Origin: Mytilus californianus
Lineage: Eukaryota
Assembly (NCBI RefSeq): GCF_021869535.1
Contig: NW_026262679.1
Coordinates: forward strand, 41,106,001-41,170,000
Length of the DNA: 64,000 nt
Direction of reading: 5' to 3'
The translations under genes were made by a program, and so were the position numbers. Positions 49,400 to 63,890 of the stretch are shown in pieces. The notes beneath the pieces were generated by a model. The model saw only the letters and a program-made list of their open reading frames with translations, was not told where the DNA came from and made no database searches. The first letter of the stretch is position 1. The number at the start of each line of letters is the position of its first letter.

Positions 49400-50400
49400 T
49401 TCTTCCAAATACTGCACACATTCAACATGTTGAATATTCTGGCAAGTTGCGCATGATAAATACAGGTTTAAAATGGTTAAAAACGATTGCTGGTAAACTA
49501 GAGATGATTTCCTGTACGACTGGAGCTTCTTGTTCGTTTTTTTAAGTACTTATCCTTGTCTATAGCTACCAGATGATTTGTTATTTTGTAACACATGATA
49601 AGCATTGTTTCTTTACGCCTCATTTGAAAGCTTTCTATCCTAGTTCATTTATCATGTTTTTTACACTATTTCTATGCCGGCTTGTTACGTATCGTGTGGC
49701 TCGTCTTTTCACTTTTCGATTTTGTCTATGTTGTTTGTCTTTTGTCATGCATGTTTTGGAAGGTATATTTTGGTTTTTTTCTGCTTTCAAGGTATTTTTA
49801 AAACATGTTCCAGAGAGTATCGATGTTTGTTATTTTGTTAAGGGTTTCTTCTCTAATTTAGGTAGACAGCAAATTCATATATTTTATGCATTTTGCTTTT
49901 CTATATAGTTGGAGATTTCTCGATGTTTGGTTGTTTGTCATTGGATTGTTGTTCATTTCTGCATACTCAATATCATAGACTGAAATTCCCTGTATAACAT
50001 CTGTTTTCATCATTCTACTTGGTCAGTTGGTAATAATAAGGTCCAGTGTGATTTTATTTCTGGTTGGCTCTTGGACTAATTGTATTAGTCCATTGTCATC
50101 AAGAATGTCTGGGATTTGGTAGTTATTCAGCATGTTGTGTTCCTTGGCGTACGTTTTTTTTTTACAAAGTCCATCGTGGTAGGTTGAAATCATACCCGAT
50201 CAGTAATCACGCATTATTTAATGAAGCTCTATTTACATCTGTTTCAAATTCAGCGAGGCTCTCTTTGCCAAATGTTTTTTTTATTATAGTACGAGTGTAT
50301 GAAGAGATCTTCCTTTCCTTTTTTGTTGGATCCTGCCAAATTTATTTCGGAGTTTGTGGCCAGTTATTGTTTAAGTACAGATAAACATGTGCACCTGGGG
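49400..50400 (-). mobile_element. Internally deleted LINE (CR1/L2-like) ORF2 remnant: APE endonuclease plus C-terminal region
   Basis: Minus-strand translation with stops gives [36 protein letters not shown], then MINELG...RKETMLIMCYKITNHLVAID; RT core missing. Confidence 0.7.
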
Positions 50401-53400
50401 AGGTTTGAAGTAATGGCTTTACCTAGATAGTTTAGGATAGAAGGTTATTTAAAATTCATGTTCCAGAAAATATTGGGATTTAAAGATGATTTTTTTTAAT
50501 TTTCCACTCACACTTTTTCGGTTACCATTTGTTTTTGCTGATATCTATTGTCACAATACTAACTATTTCAGTCAATGCAATACAATTACAATTATTATAT
50601 GAGGCAACATCTCAATGCTGTTTACGCCTTGTGTAGCAAGAAAAAAAATGCACATCAAAATCCAGGACAGTTTTTACTTTTCTGAAACACAAAAAAAAAC
50701 ATCCATCTTTTATATATCTAAGTGCAGCCTTAAAACTTTTTTCATTTGCACAGGTTTGTCTGTCCTAAGAATAGATTTTGGTGTGTAATCACGGCCAATT
50801 TTATCAAAAGGCCTGATGAACCTTAAGTCATGTCCAACGCATGCCACTTTTAACATAACAACGACTAGACGTAACAGTTGAATTAAGAGCGTCTCGATCG
50901 GGAAAAAATATAAGATACTGCATTTTATGTAAAGCCCGACAAACGATGATCAATGTTAAGATTCATGACATGGCAAGACATGTGTTTCAATGACAAAGGC
51001 TATCAAATCTATGGTGGGATACTAAATGTAACGCACGTGTAAATTGAGTATTTCCCGTTTACTAATTGTGTGTCATAGTAGCCACTATATTAATATAAAC
51101 ATAGGTCTAGACAAATTTCAAGAAGAATATGTGTCCATATGACACCATGTCCCCTTACTCTCTGATGTCCATGTTAAGTTAACCATGAAATTGTGGTCTT
51201 AATCTTAACTCAGCATGAAATTTTAAAAATTCAAATCATAATCAACATATGTACTAAGTTTAAAATTGATGTGACTACAACCTTTAACCTGAGAATGTAC
51301 TTATTTCCCACTATCACATTTCTATGTTCAGCAACCCATGTGATCAGAGTCAAACCCAAATAAGCATGTAATATAAAACGTTCACATCATAATGAACATA
51401 TTTTCTAAGTTTAAAAGTTGATGTGACCACACCATCATGATAAAGTACTTTGAACTAATACTTTAACCTGATAAGGGACGGACTAATGGATAGACAAACA
51501 GACAGATGCATGCACAAATAAAAAAGATAAAAAGAACCGAGCCGATATTTTCACTATTGGCAATACTGCTAAGGAAAAACGTTATTTTCCATTATCAAAT
51601 ATATTTCTATAAACAAATTTATCTTGAAAGGAATTGCTCTTAACTTGTAAAAATGACAACTCATATAATAAAGTATGAAAAATTTTATGACATGAATGTA
51701 TAATCAAATGGACATGATAAAAATATATCAAATATTTGACAGTATAGAAACCAAACATGTCACATTCATTCTACTGAAAAGTATGTAAGAAACATGAACA
51801 GACAAAACATACCTAGGAAAGGTGAAGTGTTGTAAGTACCAGTCCACCTAAAAATCATGAAAAAGGTGATTCATGGGTGAAAAGTCTACACATTTATAAT
51901 TTTGATATATTGTCCTGAATTTAGAATTATGTTAAACACTACCAATAATTTCTACTTTTACCAATGGTCATTGAAGATATTAATTATATGATATGCACTA
52001 TGAAAAGTCTGAAAGGGGAAATAACTAAAATAAACTGCAGTAAGTAAAGTGTATATATCAGGTCAATTTTCTCTCATGATCAGACAGTATGGGGTGAATA
52101 ATTATTCATTTCATGCTGCACACCAATAAGTTAGTAAAATATCAAAATTAAAAATGTGTTCACTTTTCCCAGGTGAATCACAATTTTCATAAATAGCATG
52201 ATTAAATATGGCATGCTACTTAATATAGAACTGGTAGCTTTTAAAGTATTGATTTTTTTTTCAAGAGTAAGATCTGAATTCAAAAGCCTTATCTATATGT
52301 AATTACAATCTACAAGTTGTGAGAAAGTAATACACTTTAAAAAGAACAATTTTTCAATATTGGCTGTTTTTCTGTGTAACTTACAGATGAAGCTAGAGGA
52401 TCCAAATATCAATGTGACTACTTTGGTTGAAAATAAAATATAATAAAATAACAAATGGCTGTAGAAAATCTCCCAATCATCAACCCCGTAAATTTCAAAG
52501 CATGTCCCCTCATATTCTTAAAAATGATCAATTCTAGATCAATGATTGTTTCTCATAGCCATGGTTTCCATCTATTCAGAACCAAACCAGGATATTGTGT
52601 AAAGGGGTTTCTATATATCATTCCCGCCAAATAGTATAGAAGAAACATGAAAATGTGAAAAGTACATGGACTGCAAAGATGCCAAGTGATGACAGTAACT
52701 AAGACTGATGCCAAGGGATGGCAATAACTCACAAGAGGCCAGGGGAGCTCAAAGGTTTTCTTTAAAGTTTTGTCAAAAAGCTTTCCTTAGTGTTGACTTT
52801 AAAAGGGTACATACAGTAGACAAATTGTTTACAACAGACAGAAAAGTACATAACAACTGAAGGTAATATTCCAAAAGACACACCCTTTTAAAAGTTGAAA
52901 GAAAACATTATTACCTTCCTTATGTTTTGATGTAAATGTTACTATATTGTTCAATGTATAACAAAATGATTCTAACATTCTTTTATAATTCACACTGATG
53001 TCTGAACATTTACTCATATCCCTTATCATACTTTTTTTCAACATGATGATCCAACTAACTGAAATGAATGGTTTAATTACATATTGTCTTTCCCGGCAAT
53101 TCAATTTCATCTTTTACTTTCAATACAAACATTACAAATCCTTATACACCTGTCTATATCAATTGTAAACATATGCACCTAAGAAACCAATAGTTACGTA
53201 AGTCTTAGCAAACCATTTTTTACCTGCTGGTTACAAAACAAAATTTTAACATTCAATCTCTTTTAATCTCATAAACTTCGAATTGACTCTTTCTATAAGA
53301 AATAAAGAGGGGTGGTTGAATGAAATTATTCCTATTAAATGTCACAGCAACTGTATTACAGGGAGGAACACCGGAAAGAAAAGTGAAATCACAATTGAGG

Positions 53401-56167
53401 CTATATGTATTTCAAATACAGCCCAGCATATCTTCAAGACATTTTAAAAAGAGTAACATGTCTGATTGCAACATTAATTTCATAACAAATCCAACTGCAG
53501 AAATTTTAGGCTTTATGAGAGTTTCCACATCACTTAATAGAAAGAAACAAGTTTATCTAAAAATCTCAGCTGTACTGATATAATAGAAATATCTGAATAT
53601 CCTAATTTAACACTAATATATGGACAAGGCTAAATATATATATATATATATGCCCTTGCCATTTATATCCAGTAAAAAAACAAATAGAAAAATTGTGGAC
53701 TTTAACGGAATAAAAAATCCTCTCTCTGATACTGTAAAGGTTTAATTTACATTTTAGTTTAAATTTTGCAATTTCTTTCACAAAACCAGTTCACAAGGTT
53801 ATACGTTTGAATTCTTCTTTTCCTTGATTCTAATATTCCTTAGAGATCAAAATACGGTCAAGAATTTTTGTGATTTTATTTGCAAAAAAATATGCAAAAA
53901 TAAACTCCTGGTAAATATTTTAACTTTGGCTTTAATTCAAGTATAATACCAAATTACAAACTGTGGTATTTTCAGACCATTATAAAACACTTTTTTGATA
54001 TATTGAATATACACTGTCAAAAAATAAATAATAATATTCAGATCTATTTTTTTCCCAATTATATTGCAGAAATGTTTACAAGCTATATAGGAAATTTAGA
54101 TGTAAAATTTAGAAGCACTATCTTAAATGTTCACAAAAGCACACACACTTTTCATTGTACATGAAACTAATAACTTGAACTATTCTCAAGATACAAAATG
54201 TTTGATGTCCTATGTCATTGATGTGGAAATAACTTTGTCATTACGAAATAGGAGACATATGGCTGATTGATTGATTGATTGGTCTATTGGTTGATTGATT
54301 GATTGAATTATGGTTAAAAATAGAAGGAAATTCAATAATGATTCTAAATACTCTAAATAAATAAAATCTGTACAGGTTTTGGACCCATCGTCTCCTTTTA
54401 TTTATTTTCAAATAGTTTTTCTTTCTTATTTCAAGGATAAATTTGAACATGACTTTGGTATTCTAAGACATCAGTAGAATAATCATTTCTTGTTTTTGGA
54501 ACTTTTTTTGTTATGTTGAATCTATAAATAAAAGACTGTCATTTGAACATTCAGTGCATAAACTACAAAAAGTCTGAAATGGTTCTTGTTCTTTTTTTAA
54601 CCTGAAATTGTCAGGATTTTTTAAAATTTTTATGACCTTTCAGGACGTAACCAAAAACTCATGTCCTATAAACCAATGAAATTAATTTTACTAATGTATA
54701 TTTAAGGACTTCGTCTAACGTAAAATTTGCTCTAATAAGGAATATCGTTCGTTTTTATGATTTTTTGTTAGTCAAATAAATAAAAGATATATATAAAATG
54801 CGTTATAAAATACATACTGAAAAATAAATATATAAAAATTATGCTTTACATATATAATACCCATTAAAGTTTGATCTTATTTCTTCCAGTTAAAAGTCAA
54901 TGATGTATAAACAACATCATGTATGCCCTTATTGTGCAGTAACAAAGTAAAAAGACGAATATATTGATTGTCTTACTCTTTTATGTAGTTCTATTGCATA
55001 TTCAAAATCTGATTCAGTAAAATTCCATTGTCATAAATAAGGCACTGGCTATCATAGCTATTCTACTTAATGTATTTATTGATTAATACACAAATTTTTA
55101 ATATATAACGTTGCTGCACATGTACGTCACAAAAAAAACATCATCATGACTTTAGGATTTTACTTGAACACTTTGTGGTCTTCTCACAAACTGGCCATGA
55201 CGACGAAATTAGTCGATGTTGCGGTTCTGTTACCATTATTTGTTCATGTACAACTAAATCCTCATTAAGTGAATCTTAAAATAGAAAATGAAAACAATAT
55301 AATTTATTGCACACATTTTGATCAAATCTGAGTGGTCAGATTATTTTGTATTTTTACAAATTCAAAACTAAGATTCTAACTGTCTCGAAAAATACAAATT
55401 TGACTTTCATGCTTTTGAATCATAAAATCTGGCCTCATATCTTTTTGCATCTTTGACATTCAAACTATTTTTTTGTAATACCTATATAGATCAATCCAGA
55501 AAATGGATCAAACTATAGAATCCGGTTCATAAATTAAATTAAAAGACAAGATACTCATTTCACAGAAAAACGAGAAAAAATACATGTCATGAACATTTCA
55601 GTATACATGTAGCTAACAATCAGTTTCAGTCGTAAGATATTTTGTGAAAAGAGCCCCTGGTTGTACGACAAACATTGGAAACATTCCTTTGCACAATTGA
55701 AGAACACTTATTTTAGGTCAAAATATTCAACTATCATTTTGTCTTTTATCAGTTGTTGTTGGGTTTATTTTATTCTTTGGTAGTTGTGTTGCATCTTTCA
55801 GATTTGGAGGTTTAACCATTGATTGGCTAATTCGACATTTTCCCTAAAAAGCACTATCCAACATTATGTTTTTTCGATCATTGGATAACCAATATAATAC
55901 GGAATTATTTTATGTTTGCTTTACCATTTGCCTTTAGACATGAAATAGGTATGTGTCCTTTGTTGACACCCGTAAGGTGACATATAAATAATCACTCTCG
56001 CGGTTTGGTTCTTTGGTTGATAGTTCTATCATTTGCATTCAACACATCTCCCTATTATTTTGACACACTTTAGTGTACATTATAATCATCTGTATCAAAA
56101 TTGCATTTTAATTTCATGTAAAAATATATTAGGGAATGTCACTAAATTATACTATACTAACTACCCA

Positions 56168-56223
56168 TCATGGTAAAATGTGGGAAAGCGTCTTAGTTTG
56201 GACACCAAGAATCGGTAAAGGCG
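56168..56223 (-). CDS. Ig-TM receptor B, terminal coding exon (APLPILGVQTKTLSHILP*)
   Basis: Same length, splice site and stop as 7465-7520. Confidence 0.65.
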
Positions 56224-56324
56224 CTATAAATGTTGGAGTTAAATTCGTTTTATTGGTTTTCGTTTTCAATTAATTATTTAATAAAATCTCAGTAAAATGC
56301 AATGACTAAGAAAATGTCAATTAC

Positions 56325-56474
56325 CTTCTATCTTGTTCAACATTCTTCTTTGGTGGCGTTTTCTTCTACAGATCTTCACGACAAGCAATACCAAGAAGCC
56401 TAAAACAGTCCCAATTGCTATGATAACAGCAATCATTGTAACCTTTGATGGTCTACTATTTTCAGCAGACTTGT
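56325..56474 (-). CDS. Ig-TM receptor B, transmembrane exon
   Basis: 150 nt, phase 1-1; KVTMIAVIIAIGTVLGFLVLLVVKICRRKRH. Confidence 0.8.
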
Positions 56475-56490
56475 CTGGAAATGAAATAGA

Positions 56491-57054
56491 ACAAGCTTTT
56501 TGAGAGTATTGCATATGGCAAGACATAGTCCCCTACCGGTAAAAATTCATTGTACTGGAACAAAATGCTTACTTGATCTGTATATTGTCATGGCGTAAAC
56601 TATATAATAAATATCAAGACAATATCTTCAAGCATGACGAAAAAAGTGTGGAAAACTGATTATTTAAGTGAATTTTCTAAGTCTAAGGACCATTACTCTG
56701 CACAAAATCATCCGACCGGAACAAAATTCGACCTTGATCTGTAACTTGTCATGATAAAACTATATACCAATTATCAAATCAATATCTTCAAGCATGACGA
56801 AAAAAGTGAGGAAAACTGATTATTTGAGTGAATTTTTTAACTCCAAGGACCATAACTCTGCACAAAATCATCAGACCGGAACAAGATTCGCATTTGGTCT
56901 GTAAACTTGTCATGATAAAACAATACACCAAATATCAAATCAATATCTTTAAGCACAAAGAAAAAAGTGTGGAAAACTGATTTGCCGGACTGACGGATGG
57001 ACAGACAGACAGACAGACAGACGGAGTGCAAACCTAAAGTCCCCTTCGACTTCG
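56491..57054 (+). mobile_element. Helentron-like element with three ~160-bp repeats and a (CAGA)n tract
   Basis: Absent at the paralogous position (about 7797-7806); ends in GACAGACAGACGGAGTGCAAACC...CCCCTTCGACTTCG. Confidence 0.65.
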
Positions 57055-57422
57055 TCGTAGATTGTTGCATTTCTATTGTTATAGAAAAGACTGTAAACAT
57101 AATAATGCATTTTTTATTATTATTTGTCCATTGTATAATCATAGACACATTTTTACCATCCTTACTTTTTAACAAATAAAAACACCCGTTATAAATAACT
57201 GAAAACTTTGCATTATTTTGCTATGTTTGCCATTTGAATGTTGCATTACTATCTAGACCGTTTTTTTAAACTAAAAACATAAAATGTTATATGCATGTAT
57301 TTAGACCAAATCCAAGTTTCCATAAAATGATGTTTCATCAAATGTGTATCTCTTTTCAATCGTAAGAACGTTTGACTGAGATGTCCATTTTAGTATCAAT
57401 GGAGTAAATAATAATTATTTAC

Positions 57423-57767
57423 CATTATTGGTAAGTACAAGTACATGTACAAAAGTAAGATTCACTTCACACGTATCAAATCCAAAGTACAATTTGTACG
57501 TCTTATTAACATCTGTATCTGTCAGATTGTGTATGGTGAGAGTGAACACATCTGATCCTATCAGCTCGGTGAATTTATCTTCAAAGTCGCTGTCAACATG
57601 TAACCCGTCATACATCAAATCATATTCATGGTGACGTTCAGCGTTTAACTCACTCCTAGTCCAACGACGTCCTATAGCATGTGTTACTTCCGATACTGTT
57701 GCTGTTATGTTCACATCTTCTCCAAACAACAGAGTCGGCTTAATTTCTATGCTGCAGCATAACACAC
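57423..57767 (-). CDS. Ig-TM receptor B, Ig-like exon
   Basis: 345 nt, phase 1-1, open frame, clearly homologous to 10738-11076 with in-frame indels. Confidence 0.8.
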
Positions 57768-59321
57768 CTTCAATGGAAAGAAACATAGCCTTATTCTGCA
57801 ATTTTTTTTTTACTATAGTACATTTCAATTTTTTATTCCATGGGCTGTCAAACTTTCATATTCTAATCATGACGAGTAAATTTGCAATAAATGTGCAGTA
57901 ACAATAGGGCAATGGTGAAAATATAAGCAATTCTAATATGACGTGCTTCTTTCGCTTTGTAAACAACACCGTGATAAAGTTCTCGATATATCTATACTTA
58001 GCGCAGACTCAGAGATGTACATAATAATAACAATATACCTCCCACGTAAATCCACATGTATCGTAACCTATGTGCAAACGCAATGCCGATTTCGCAGTGT
58101 TAATAATTGCAATTGAAAAAAAATAATACGAAACCTTTATACTTATTCTGATGCATATCAAAAAGAAGAAATTTATTAGAGTTCGGGAAAAATGTACAAA
58201 ATCAAAATTCAATTAAATTCCGCGAAATAATGCTTTTGGCGCGTTAAAGTCATTTCAAAACATGACGTCATACGAATGAACACGCTAAAGCTGAATGTTT
58301 TTCCGTTACGTGAACCCTCCAAATTTGGATAATATTGCATTAAAATGGAGTTTTGAGGTAGGTGTTGTTTTATTTTCTATGCTATTGCATTATTCGCACA
58401 TTTACTGATTTCAGAACGTCAACATGGCGGCTCCTTAGTTTCGAAATGTAACTTTGGATTAAACGGTAGCTTACGAGAAAAAAATGTAAATTGAAAATGG
58501 CAAATGTTGGGGTTGAGATTTAAAAGAATTAAACACATTTTTCTAGCGGTTATTTAAGAAATAATTCATGCAAGCTATAGTTGTAATGGAAATTTTTAGC
58601 TTTATCTAACAGGGGGTAAAATAGAACAGCCATACACACGGCATACCCATCCTCGCTTAAAGTTTTTGAAATAAACTTATTTGTCCGAAATAATTCATGG
58701 AAGCCATAGATTTATTTCTTTAATAAAACATATCCCAATAAACTGCGCAGATTTAAATTTACCAGATTAACACATTTTTCACTTGATCTAATGTTTCCCG
58801 GTGAAAACTATTGACTCTAGATTAAAGAGATAACTGTATTGTATTCTAATGCAATTATTTTGTATCAATGGTTCTGATTGGATGACAGTAAGCGTAAAAT
58901 TCTCTATCTCCTTGTCTGTAACTAAGGAAGCCGACATTTTGAATTCCGGAATCTATTGACATGTAATTTCTCCAATAATAAGCAAAAAAACTCACGTTTA
59001 GCACATAGAAATCTTCTTTTTAGCAATTTTATTACATTCTGAGGCGGTCAAGAAGCCGGAAAACGCCCGGTGTTTACGTTTGACGCCGGAAGCATACCTA
59101 TGACGTCACCTAGTTTAGGGGCCAAAGAAGATAACATCATTTCGCGGAATTTTCTATAATGAACATTTTACACCGGCTCAAATAATGACTTAAATTGAAT
59201 TATGTATTTATTTTGCATTAGAATAGAGATAACTGTATTGTATTTAAGGCTTTGCGGACGTCCATCGGTAGTTTTACTGTCGCAAATATTTTCCAGTTAG
59301 AAATATTTGTTAACAATGTTA

Positions 59322-59752
59322 ACTCTAAATACAGTGTTCCCGGTCAAGACATTTTTTATCTCTCTAGTTTCAATGTTTCACAGTTAAGCCTTTTTCATTA
59401 AACTTTTCTCGAGTAAGACTTTTTTCTCTATATATTCAATTAGTCCAGCCCTGGCCTCAGTGACATATTTTCAATTTTTTTTTTCAGTGTTGTCACGGAG
59501 TCCAGCTCGCCCTCCATTACCTTCAATGGTGCAAGCTCCCGGGTAGATTACCCGGGGACGATTGGGACATGGCCATTGGTAGTTTTACTGTCGGAAAATT
59601 GAGTTTACCTGGCGACGCGTAGCGGAGACAGGTAGACGGATATTTGCGACAGTAAAACTACCAATGGCCATGAAAGTTTAATGAAAAAGGCTGTGAAACA
59701 TTGAAACTAGAGAGATAAAAAATGTCTTGACCGGGAACACTGTATTTAGAGC
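59322..59752. mobile_element. Palindromic MITE with interrupted left arm (centre GACGCGTAGCGGAG)
   Basis: 59322-59405 plus 59567-59600 mirror 59640-59752; about 160 bp inserted in the left arm. Confidence 0.65.
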
Positions 59753-60399
59753 ACAAGGTGATTATACATAGCTGGATCCCAGTCTATGGAAATCTTGTTT
59801 ACATCAGTAACGTTATATTACGGAACATGACGTTTCTACGCTATAACGTAGACGAAACGAATTTAATATATCGATAAAGATTGTCAACGTTTAAACTCGT
59901 TAAATCAACGATTTTGCACCTCATACTTTTTGTACGCGGACTTTACAGGCACTGAATGCTGCTGGTAAATTATGACACTTAAAATTATGTGTACCTTCTG
60001 TTGTTTAGTTGGGGTTTACTGATTTTTTTTTCCTTCCAAGGTACAACAAGTAGTTATAATGTTATACAGTAACAGAGGATTAACTTTCCACGTACATTGT
60101 TTTCTATCAATTTTCCATGACACTATACAATTATGGTTAACATTAAGCCAACTGAATCACACGATAATTATTTTTTATTTTTTATATAAAGCATGAAAAT
60201 TCCGACCCCGATTTAAATGAATAGATGTTCTTTCTGTGAATACCAAGCAATAGTTAAAAAAAATTAATTGAAATTCTCTACCGAGAATAATTTTCAATAG
60301 TCACTTTTCTAATGGTATTATACACTTATTTGATTTGCCCAAGGGATATACGAATAGTTATTCATCCCATAAAAATTATTTTTACAATGATCAATGTTT

Positions 60400-62215
60400 C
60401 CAGATATCCATGTCACAGATGCAACATCACCGTGAATTTACGATATGATTCACTGAGGTGACTCCAGGAATTGCAAAATTGGCAAAAGTAGCTCGTCGTA
60501 CATATGACGTGCTCTTAACCATATCAACAACATCTGATGATGTTATATTTTTATGCAAAGATCTTGCATATGCATAACAGACAGCCACGCCGTCTTTTCC
60601 ATCACGTGCACAACGACCTACTTCTTGCCAATAACTCAAAATAGATTTTGGTGCACCCCAGTGAACCACATTACGAATGTCAGGTATATCGATACCCATA
60701 CCGAAAGCAACGGTTGCTATTACACATCTGATTTTGCTATCAGTCTTTTTAAACTCCTCTAGAATATATTTCTTTCTATCCTCTGGAATTGCAGAGTGAA
60801 ACATTTCCACCAAACGATAGTCACTACAAAACGATAGTCACCACAACCCCAACCCCACCCCCACCCACCCACCCAAGTTCATCATTGAACAGCAAAAAGA
60901 TCTCTGCAACTGTTGGGATAGATCTAAAACATATGTCAGTTTATTTGGAAACGTAAACCATTTAAATATTTGATTGTAGTTGAAATCACCAGCTTTTAGT
61001 TGTCCTGATGATAATATTTACGCGATTTTTATTTTAACACAAAGTTTACATATTTAATAGGGAATGTTGAAGAAATTAACCAAGCGAGTTAACTGTATAT
61101 GCGAATATAAACCATGACTCGCTTTTATTTATTATGGATCCCCTTTAAAAACAGACATATATCATTGACTAAACGGTACTAGAGACATATAAAACGTTCG
61201 AATATGGTTAAGATATAAGCTTCTTGTAAAATCCTCACTTTTAATCCAACCTCATTACGGCTTTAAGAAACACAAAAAAGGAATTTAAGACATTTACCTG
61301 CAGAAAATTAGTGTTTGTGGTGACACAGACATATCTCTCTCCAATGAACCTAATAACCACTTTAACTCTATTTCAAAATCACATGAAGATTTCTCCACTT
61401 GCAGGTGAATATTTGGTCTGAAATAATTCATTACAATTAAGTCGCCCTTTTTATGAACATTACAGATAATCCTTTCATAATGTTTCGCTCTAATTTTATG
61501 TTTTAAAATTTATTTCATGTTAATAAAAATTTGTTATTTGTGTTTCTGAACGATTTTCTTCTTCAATATGAAAAACTAAAAATAGGAATAACAGATTTCA
61601 TTTAAAAATCGACACTACTTTTGGAAATTATTCAAAATCAAGGAATATATATCTCGTGCAAACCTCTGATTCCTGGTTTGGCTATACTTTAGGTCATTTT
61701 TTATTTGATTTGCTCTTCAACGTTTGTATAAGTGTTATGGTTTTCAAAATTTTTACCTCGAACTTCACTGAAGAGACATAAATTGTCGAAATGCGCATCT
61801 GCTGTAATAAAATTGGTACCGTTATGTTATTGTTACGAAACTAGTATTATCTATCTCTTGATTTAATCGTATAAATAAACTGAATCCGTATTGAATAATA
61901 CTCTTTCTTTTAAAATCGGCCATTTAATAGTCTCATAAACAGCTGACTACTTCTATAGTCGAATTCTAAACGTATTCTTAATTTCCTGATTTTAAATATG
62001 CAATTTCTTTGTTTGAATACTACGTATATACCTGTCTGGAATAGCTGCTATAACATTACAATCTTCCTTAATATAAAGATACTTTTCTATATCTGATTTG
62101 ACCTTTGTTGTTACTTTTGCCGTAAGTGACAAATTTTAATAAACGACATTTGCCATTTGCAACAGGACATCCCGAATAAAACAACAAACTCGGGCGATAT
62201 TCCCATTGTTATTAA
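60400..62215 (-). pseudogene. Spliced RecQ-like SF2 helicase relic (AcademH-type), exons about 62032-62215, 61298-61417 and 60400-60923
   Basis: LSLTAK...IPDR|PNIHL...TLIFCR|SIPTV...VEMFHS...VIATVAFGMGIDIPDIRNVVHWG...YWQEVGRCARDG...CCICD; phase 2 introns join cleanly; frameshifts and stops present; Walker A not found. Confidence 0.85.
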
Positions 62216-62768
62216 TCAGAATGTAATTTTAACAAAATAAAATGTATGATGTGTTATGTAGAAAATAGAGACATTTGATTCAAAACAGATATTTTTACCA
62301 TGTCAGTTTAAGAAAAATCTATTCCGAAATGCTTGAGATATCAAATTTACAGATAACAATAATATGTTAAACTTCGTCGAATTATAGTTCTCGAGATTCA
62401 ATTTCAATATTATCTTGATTGCCATGAATTTTGTATTTTAATTAATCTATAATATACATATATATGCGTACCATTCCGACACACAAATATATTTATTCCA
62501 AGCTAGTGAATGTATGGATTTCATTCCAGTTCATATACAATATATTTTGGAACTGACGCCTAACGTCTTACATTTTTTTAACTGCAGTTTTTACCCATCG
62601 ACATTGATAAACGCGCACCGCAGAGAGGACTCCAAAATGAGTTGTTACGTAAAGTATTGTTACATTAACGTTCCCTCAAGGAAACTGGATAACAGGATGC
62701 TTTATACCGTCAACTATACAATAACTATTAAAACGTTTATTTGTCTACCGTTTGTATGTACACTAGAA

Positions 62769-63890
62769 ATGAAGTGCATATATTGTAATTCCCCATTTAA
62801 GGAATGAAAAGATAGGCGTGGATATTTGAGACATTCGCTTACAGCAAAACTTTACAAAGGTAGGAAAGTAACCGTTCTCCAGGCTATCAACACTTGTCTA
62901 CAGACATCTTTGTATCACAGCAATGAACTATTTATCAGCACAGATTGCTTTAATTCTCTTGGGAACTTTTATTCTTTTATCGCGGCAAGAACTAGTTTTT
63001 GTGAAAAGGAGTCTAGTGATGGTTACATATCAAACAAAAGACGGCGCACCACTCCCATCAACACTCCAAGGTCGATTAAGAAGTTAAAGCAGACATGCAA
63101 GTTTCAATTGATATCTTCCGTAGTAGAAAAAAATGCCTCCAAATCATTGATGTTCATTCCCTCACCAATTCTCGCATTGTCCTTTAGTATGGGGATACTA
63201 TTTCATTTTAATCCTGTCAAAGGCAACTTTTTTATCATCTATTGCCAGGCCAGATTATTCATTTTCATACCCCCCCGAATATCAAATGATCGTCCCATTT
63301 CTGAATTGTATCAACCGTTTGAATAATATCAATTCATTATATGTAAATTATTTTAATAGACCATTGAAAGTTAAAGGCGAGGATATAGCAATTATGATAA
63401 TACAATTTGTAAAATTTGACTACTACTAAGTATAATAACAAAAAAGTAATAAAAATGAAAATTATTAGTCTTTTAATAAATGTCTTTATTACTGTTGTCC
63501 TGGTGAATGAACTATTTGTCAACGGACATAATGATAACATCAATTTGTCTTTTTAAAGGATACCGTTAAACAGGGAAATACTATAAACAGCCATTTACAC
63601 ACTGCTGTAAGTTTTTTAAGCGGAATTGTGGAAAAGGTGGCAGCGTACTTGCAAATGGAACTGATGGTATGCGTAGAGCTATAAGAGAATGCTGTTTTGA
63701 TATAATTTTCAAGGAAATGAAAGAAATTTCAAAAAAATCTGAGAAAAACATTTTGTCACTTTCTATTTTAATAGAAACAGTGCAGCAGATAAAATGGAGT
63801 TCAGTAGTGTCAGAACTGAAATTGAAGGCACCAACTCTTTATGGCGTTTTTTCATCCATGCTCTCGCCCCAAAAAGTCCAATATAGGTAA
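62769..63890 (+). pseudogene. Putative Academ transposase N-terminal region, divergent from the helicase; continues beyond the window
   Basis: MKCIYC...(S)TDC zinc-finger-like start with a stop at 62805, basic KRRR tract, then IKWSSVVSELKLKAPTLYGV resembling the W-x4-EL-x3-AP-x-L segment I associate with Academ proteins; catalytic domain not in the window. Confidence 0.55.

Larger units (their letters stand above)
53926..59350 (-). repeat. Segmental paralogue (locus B) of 3186-14020
   Basis: Collinear similarity from TTGGCTTTAATTCAAGT (3186/53926) through the downstream region, exons and intron to CTCTAAAT(T/A)CAGTGTTCCCGGT(T/C)AAGAC (13995/59322), with different TE insertions in each copy. 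Confidence 0.9.

Noticed and set aside
59825-59860. Hairpin ending in GACGAAACG, resembling a hammerhead 3' half
   Set aside because: No upstream CUGANGA core.
60427-60813. Functional host RecQ/BLM/WRN gene
   Set aside because: Frameshifts, stops, missing Walker A and adjacency to a transposase-like ORF point to a transposon relic, so no gene symbol was given.
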